Below, piece after piece: positions 59,177-64,000 of a DNA stretch of 64,000 bases. Each line of letters starts with the position of its first letter. Position 1 is the first letter of the stretch. The DNA lies in the NCBI GenBank assembly GCA_000998045.1, contig LCCS01000007.1, positions 5,220-69,219 of the forward strand, in the 5' to 3' direction. Position numbers and translations under genes: made by a program. The stretch comes from Parcubacteria group bacterium GW2011_GWD2_42_14. GTDB lineage: Bacteria > Patescibacteriota > Minisyncoccia > Phycocordibacterales > UBA12088. Under the pieces are notes generated by a model. The model did no database searches. It worked only from the letters and a program-made list of their open reading frames with translations, and had not been told where the DNA came from.

Positions 59177-59558
59177 AAGATTTAAAAAACCACACATTGA
59201 CAACACCTGCGTGAACCTGTACAACGGAGCAAGAATTCACCACCATACATGTTCACTTTTTTAGGGAGATTGCCATGGCAAAATTTAGAAGTAAATACGG
59301 AAGAAAGTGGAGAAGCAAACGCGTCTGCAAGAAATCTGTACCTACAGTCCCTGGTACGTCCGGTAGTGAAAAACGGAAACTTGCCACAGTCGTCAAAATT
59401 CTTTCTGTCTTTACTTGCGTATGTCTCGCGATCGTCTTCCTTTTGTAGAGATTCCGCAACTTCATTTTCCTGTACCATTTTATATCGGAACTTCAAAACC
59501 CTTTTCGAGTTTGAAAAGGGTTTTGCTTTTATTCACTTTCCTCTTGTGTATGACTAGA

Positions 59559-59783
59559 TTACACAACACATGAACACTTCTCTTCTGCCTGAGAACACTT
59601 CTGACACTGTGCTTGCATCTTTCTTCCAGAACTACAGGTACGCCAATGCATAGGATCATACACTTTGGAACTCATGCCACACCCTGGACACTTCCAGTCC
59701 GGCGCAGGACTCCCGCAAACACTGCACGTTGAACTCGATATATGTGCAACAATTTGTGTACTAATTTTTCCGTTATTTTCCAT
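59559..59783 (-). CDS. Small Cys-rich (zinc-finger-like) protein
   Basis: CSVC, CPGC, HxxxC, CQKC, CSC. Confidence 0.55.
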   Translation of the reverse strand: MENNGKISTQIVAHISSSTCSVCGSPAPDWKCPGCGMSSKVYDPMHWRTCSSGRKMQAQCQKCSQAEEKCSCVV

Positions 59784-59849
59784 ATATATACAACCTTAAA
59801 CACTGGGTAAGTAATGCGACTGTAAAACTTCTACAGGATTTTATTTTAA

Positions 59850-59932
59850 GACTTAAGCAAATGGATGTAGTTCTAGGAAAACAAACAAAATGGAGTAAGC
59901 TGTACTCGTTGTACAGTGAACGACATTTTGTG
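59850..59932. mobile_element. Truncated, degenerate family P element
   Basis: GACTTAAGCAAATGGATGTAGTTC...AAACAAAATGGA...GACATTTTGTG resembles the 24557 copy. Confidence 0.55.
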
Positions 59933-59935
59933 CCA

Positions 59936-59998
59936 CTATGCTTTTTTGTCTTTCTTTGGTTTCTTTTTCTCTTTTCGCGCGTCTTTTCCTTTAGCCAT
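59936..59998 (-). CDS. 20-aa Lys-rich small protein MAKGKDARKEKKKPKKDKKA
   Basis: Clean ATG...TAG in an otherwise unexplained gap; below the ORF-track cut-off. Confidence 0.55.
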   Translation of the reverse strand: MAKGKDARKEKKKPKKDKKA

Positions 59999-60149
59999 AC
60001 TTGTTATTACATTACTGGTACACGTATATTCTACATTCTACCTCACATCACCAGTGAAGAACTAGTGGAGAATATCTCCTCAGTGTTCATTCTCGCCCTC
60101 GTCTGCAACTCTTACTCGAAACTTCATACTTCTTTGCTACAGTCAAAGC

Positions 60150-60788
60150 ATGAAGCTAACAAGACACTCTGTTTCCTCTCTACTCATCTTTTCCGTTAAT
60201 GGTTTATTTGTGGTAGCTACCGGCTACGCACTCATGTACGCACAGTGGTCAACATTGTTTATTGTGGCACAAGGAACCTTGCTCAATTACACCCCCTTTC
60301 TTCTTGAAAAAAAGTATGCAATACATACCCCTCGTGAAATTCATGCAAGTATTTCTCTGTTTGTATTTGGCTCCTTTATTCTCGGCGAGGTGCAGAATTT
60401 TTATAATACGATATGGTGGTGGGACGCTTTGCTCCATTTTAGTGCTGGGTACATGCTCACTGTTATTGCCCTCATCATGCTTTCTGTTGTGTTTACCGGC
60501 AAGAATATCACTACCACACCATTTGTAATGACACTATTTGCAGGTTCGTTTGCAATAGCAGGAAGTAGTGTGTGGGAAGTGTATGAGTTTCTTATTGACC
60601 CGTTCACCGAAACGGTCATGCAACCCTCACTCACTGACACCATGTGGGATATAATGCTGGCAAGTATTGCTTCCCTACTCGCATCATTTCACGGGTGGAG
60701 TTACTTCAAAAAGAAGAAAACAAAACCAACCGCATTGATAGAAAAAATAATTAGAGATGGTGTTCAAAAAAACCAGATGTACTCTTAA
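60150..60788 (+). CDS. Membrane protein (DUF2238-like)
   Basis: FYNTIWWWDALLHF; WEVYEF; LTDTMWDI. Confidence 0.75.
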   Translation: MKLTRHSVSSLLIFSVNGLFVVATGYALMYAQWSTLFIVAQGTLLNYTPFLLEKKYAIHTPREIHASISLFVFGSFILGEVQNFYNTIWWWDALLHFSAGYMLTVIALIMLSVVFTGKNITTTPFVMTLFAGSFAIAGSSVWEVYEFLIDPFTETVMQPSLTDTMWDIMLASIASLLASFHGWSYFKKKKTKPTALIEKIIRDGVQKNQMYS

Positions 60789-60791
60789 AAT

Positions 60792-62090
60792 TTATTTCCA
60801 CAAATTACTACTATCATCACTTACAGAAGTGGTCGATACTGAAGAAGTAAACCAGTCAATATTTCGAGTGAGGTACATGACACCGGCGATAAGCAAGAAA
60901 ATGAGAGCCGAACCAAAAAGAAGGGCGTAATCTTCAAGCTTGAGCACGACATACATAAAACCATAGAGCACACAAAGAAGCATGGCAACATACCCTGCCC
61001 GCGCCCTTTCTTTAAGAATACTCATACTATATGTGGTGATGAGCACTATAGTTAGCACTGTTGCGAGCATGTAGGAGTACAAGAAGCCAATATGTTCTGT
61101 GAGTGACAAAAGAAGAAGATAGAACAATGCAAGAGACGCACCAATGAGTAAGTACTGTACGGGGTGAAGGCGAATCTTCGTTAATGTTTCAAAAAGGAAA
61201 AAAGCAGTAAACGTGATTAGTATGAAAAGTACCGCATACTTAACACTTCTGAAGACTTGTGTATACCGCCCTACTCCTTCATACAACCCTACCCCAAACT
61301 GCGAGTTCATAAGCATGTCTATGTTTACTCCCCCATCACTTTGCCAGTGTTGCGGATAACTCCTTCCAAAAGAAGATACATTCCACGTTGCCTCAAATCC
61401 TTCTTGTGTAACCGTACGTTCGGTCGGCAAATACGCACCTACAAACTCAGGACTATCCCACACTGAAGATGCTCGTACCACCGTCTCACTTCCCACAGGC
61501 ACAAAAAGAGCACGGTCACTTCCCCTTACTTCAACTTCAAAAGAGAAAGGATACTCAGTGGCGCTTTTCGACAACGGGACAAACGCATGGACACCGGAAC
61601 CTTGAAAAAAATCAACCGTGGTCCCTGGGTAAAATGGCGTATCGTTCATGTTCCAAGAAAGAGACAACTGTTTTTCAATACTCCGTGTATCTGATAAAGA
61701 GACGACCAACCTTGGTTGCACGGCTAACAAATTTTTCGGAATGTCTGAAGCAGAAAATGATCCATGAACGGTAATTTTTTCTGTGTATACTACAGAATCA
61801 AAAATACCTCTGCTTCGAATCTCAGGTACTAACGTGCTTTCGATTTCCAAACGTTGTGGGAGCACGTATGAAAAAACAGACTCCTTGTCCTTTTGTGGAA
61901 TCTCAAACACGAGAACCGGCCCAAGCACTGTTTGAGCGCTCCCCCAACTCTCTGCAATCTCTTGTTGCACTTGTGTATAGCGGTGTTCACGCTCCATTAC
62001 CAAACCCAACACAAGATAACTTGCAATTAGACAAATGACGGCAATAAAGCCAACACCAAATAATTTCTTTGAGACACTGTGTGTATTCAT
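60792..62090 (-). CDS. creD: Inner membrane protein CreD
   Basis: IAESWG..QTVLGP; RGIF; PEFVGAYLP; RSVKYAVLFI; HPVQYLLIG; EDYALLFGS. Confidence 0.93.
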   Translation of the reverse strand: MNTHSVSKKLFGVGFIAVICLIASYLVLGLVMEREHRYTQVQQEIAESWGSAQTVLGPVLVFEIPQKDKESVFSYVLPQRLEIESTLVPEIRSRGIFDSVVYTEKITVHGSFSASDIPKNLLAVQPRLVVSLSDTRSIEKQLSLSWNMNDTPFYPGTTVDFFQGSGVHAFVPLSKSATEYPFSFEVEVRGSDRALFVPVGSETVVRASSVWDSPEFVGAYLPTERTVTQEGFEATWNVSSFGRSYPQHWQSDGGVNIDMLMNSQFGVGLYEGVGRYTQVFRSVKYAVLFILITFTAFFLFETLTKIRLHPVQYLLIGASLALFYLLLLSLTEHIGFLYSYMLATVLTIVLITTYSMSILKERARAGYVAMLLCVLYGFMYVVLKLEDYALLFGSALIFLLIAGVMYLTRNIDWFTSSVSTTSVSDDSSNLWK

Positions 62091-62223
62091 ACTATTGTTA
62101 TATAAATCATGTGTACAGAATGTAACCGTGGTACAAGTACGAAAGTTGCATATTGCACATGCCTAAAATACCACAAATTTCTCACCATGGTACACAACGT
62201 GGCAATTACAACACGAGTTTTAC

Positions 62224-62253
62224 AAAAAGCGCACCGTATACTACGGTGCGCTT
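62224..62253 (-). terminator. Rho-independent terminator
   Basis: AAGCGCACCGTA-TAC-TACGGTGCGCTT. Confidence 0.7.
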
Positions 62254-62265
62254 ATACCAAACATG

Positions 62266-62769
62266 TTAGTTGGTTAAGAGTCGAATCATTTTTTTGATTC
62301 GATGTACATACTCATTTTTTGTTGGTTTTCGAGAAAATCTCTTTCCCTTGATTGGTCCACTCGAAAAGCTAACCGCAAGCGCGTCGTGATTTTTTATTTC
62401 ATACTCCTCTACTAGATAGGTTAAGTACGCCACTCCAACCTTGATATTATTATCAGGGTTAAAAAGATTATTACTAAACCTCTCGTGAGGGTATGCCTCT
62501 CGAACTTGTTCAAGAGCAATTTGCCTTATCTGCATAAGACCTGCTGCTCTAGACTTTTCGTTGAAGGCTCGCGGTTTTCCACTTGATTCAACAAGAATCG
62601 TTGCGGACACAAATATCGGTTCTACCTTTCCACCGAAGCGTTATACATAGAAATCGATTAATTCACCATACCTTTCTGATATCTCACGCACCTCATGATG
62701 TGCATGAACTGTAGTGTATGAGACACCAATAAAAATGAGACCTACTAAAAGAACAATTAGAACTTTCAC
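62266..62769 (-). pseudogene. SLT lytic transglycosylase with in-frame TAA at 62641-62643
   Basis: GGAGG then GTG 62769 gives signal peptide MKVLIVLLVGLIFIG...DFYV*RFGG...LVESSG...AAGLMQI...NIKVGVAYL. Confidence 0.75.
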
Positions 62770-62891
62770 TGTACCTTCCTCCGTTAAGTTTAACTTCAGT
62801 AGTATTGTGACCTATCTAACTCCTCCCATAGTATACCAAACAAGAAAGAGTACGCAAATTTTAGGGCTTAAAATATACGTAATTTAGGAAA

Positions 62892-63395
62892 TCATTTTTG
62901 AGAATCAAGAAGTCGATTCTGTCCGTTAGGACCAAAGAACTCTCGTTTGGCTTTTTTATACTCCTCTAGAGACTTGCCTTCAAATTGACTTTTGAGGCTG
63001 TTGTATTTTTCAAGCATACCTTTATCTTTTCTCAATAAATCCCGAGTTTTATAAAACTCATCAAATTTCGTATCCATGACCGTAACCATGATACTCATCG
63101 GCATTTCAGAGTGATCTTTTTTATGAAAAAGTGCTAATTCATTTGTCCAAAGATGCGGGTGATTCTCATGATATAAACTCTTTAACTTCTCGCATGTAGA
63201 ATGAAAATCTTGTTTGGTAACTCGAATTTGAATATCCAAATCACCCACAGTAAGAGAGCCTGGGACAGAGGTCGCGCCTACATGCTCAACGAGGGCGTTT
63301 GGGCACAAGGTTAGGATATGTTCTTTCTCTTCTTTGAAGAGACCTTTTGCGATAGGCAACAACTCCTCTGTTTTGTAAAAATGTATTGGTGTCAT
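62892..63395 (-). CDS. GrpB-family (nucleotidyltransferase-like) protein
   Basis: VEHVGATSVPG..GDLDIQI; RDLLR...YNSLK...YKKAKREF. Confidence 0.85.
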   Translation of the reverse strand: MTPIHFYKTEELLPIAKGLFKEEKEHILTLCPNALVEHVGATSVPGSLTVGDLDIQIRVTKQDFHSTCEKLKSLYHENHPHLWTNELALFHKKDHSEMPMSIMVTVMDTKFDEFYKTRDLLRKDKGMLEKYNSLKSQFEGKSLEEYKKAKREFFGPNGQNRLLDSQK

Positions 63396-63511
63396 TGTGA
63401 AATAGTACCCTATCTTGTAAATCTGAAAAGCTTAAGGTCGAACTATTATCTCGCCACAGCGTCAGGCTCGTTACCTGCCTGCGCAGGCAGGCTCAGAACT
63501 CGTTACTCGCT

Positions 63512-64000
63512 TTACTCGTTACTCTTTCTCGTTGCCAATTGCCCACATGCACCTTCAATATCTCTACCGAAACGATAGCGAATAGCTACATCGACCCCTG
63601 CTCTCTCGAGAAGTGACTTGAAATGATTGATTTGCTTTTCACTCGTTGCCGTATATTTTCCTGTCGGATTATATGAGATAAGGTTTACCATACACAATTT
63701 ACCTTTGAGAATTTTTCCAAGCTCTATGGCGTGGTCATCAGTATCATTCACACCATCGACGAGCAGGTACTCAAACATCACCTTACGCTTGGTCACGCGT
63801 ACGTATTCGTCAATAACCTCCATAAGTTTCTCTATGGAGTACGTGCGCCCGATAGGCATTATCTCTCCACGCACTACATCGTTACTTGCATGGAGTGATA
63901 CTGCGAGGTTAACGGGCAAGTCTTCATTCGCAAGCCTTTGTATACCCTCAAGGATACCACACGTGGAAATTGAAATATGCCGAGCACCGATACCGAACAT
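63512..64000 (-). CDS. rlmN: Dual-specificity RNA methyltransferase RlmN (C-terminal part)
   Basis: ISISTCG, LAVSLHA, FEYLL, VNLI.YN, GRDIEGACGQL. Confidence 0.93.
   Translation of the reverse strand: MFGIGARHISISTCGILEGIQRLANEDLPVNLAVSLHASNDVVRGEIMPIGRTYSIEKLMEVIDEYVRVTKRKVMFEYLLVDGVNDTDDHAIELGKILKGKLCMVNLISYNPTGKYTATSEKQINHFKSLLERAGVDVAIRYRFGRDIEGACGQLATRKSNE

Noticed and set aside
59182-59557. Overlapping ~100-aa ORFs on both strands
   Set aside because: No recognisable motifs or consistent start signals; cannot support a call.
17219-62769. Alternative genetic code (TGA=Gly) or readthrough to explain split genes
   Set aside because: The breaks are frameshifts or TAA. The giant ORFs are open in code 11, and TGA terminates normal genes such as GrpB.

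Overview
Window from a Patescibacteria/CPR (Parcubacteria-like) genome in genetic code 11. This is inferred from gene content, near-absence of Shine-Dalgarno sites and leaderless-type promoters. The left ~41 kb is a co-oriented (minus-strand) cell-surface locus. It contains two giant secreted proteins: a >4,100-aa ORF running off the left edge that the ORF track missed, and a 3,333-aa protein. It also holds a membrane-anchored cohesin, a dockerin protein, a two-domain WxL/pilin-like subunit, three DUF916/DUF3324-like membrane-anchored Ig proteins, an FGE-sulfatase/C-lectin-fold protein and Hsp20. The subunit shares its N-domain with the dockerin protein and its C-domain with the 3,333-aa protein. 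This suggests an undescribed chaperone-assisted fibre tethered by cohesin-dockerin and tipped with a giant adhesin. The right ~23 kb holds housekeeping and accessory genes: ECF sigma triad, mscL, ZIP, LRR, S41 protease, zwf-gnd-pgl, RimK-like, rlmB, PIN-PhoH, GGDEF, ABC-F, Nudix, creD, SLT pseudogene, GrpB and rlmN. Intergenic DNA carries several families of small non-autonomous palindromic elements. One ~121-bp TIR element sits exactly at start codons. A 120-bp palindrome sits at stop codons, carries nested inserts and is read in-frame in one gene. Four genes are broken (three frameshifts, one nonsense). No rRNA, tRNA, CRISPR array, transposase or reverse transcriptase was seen.
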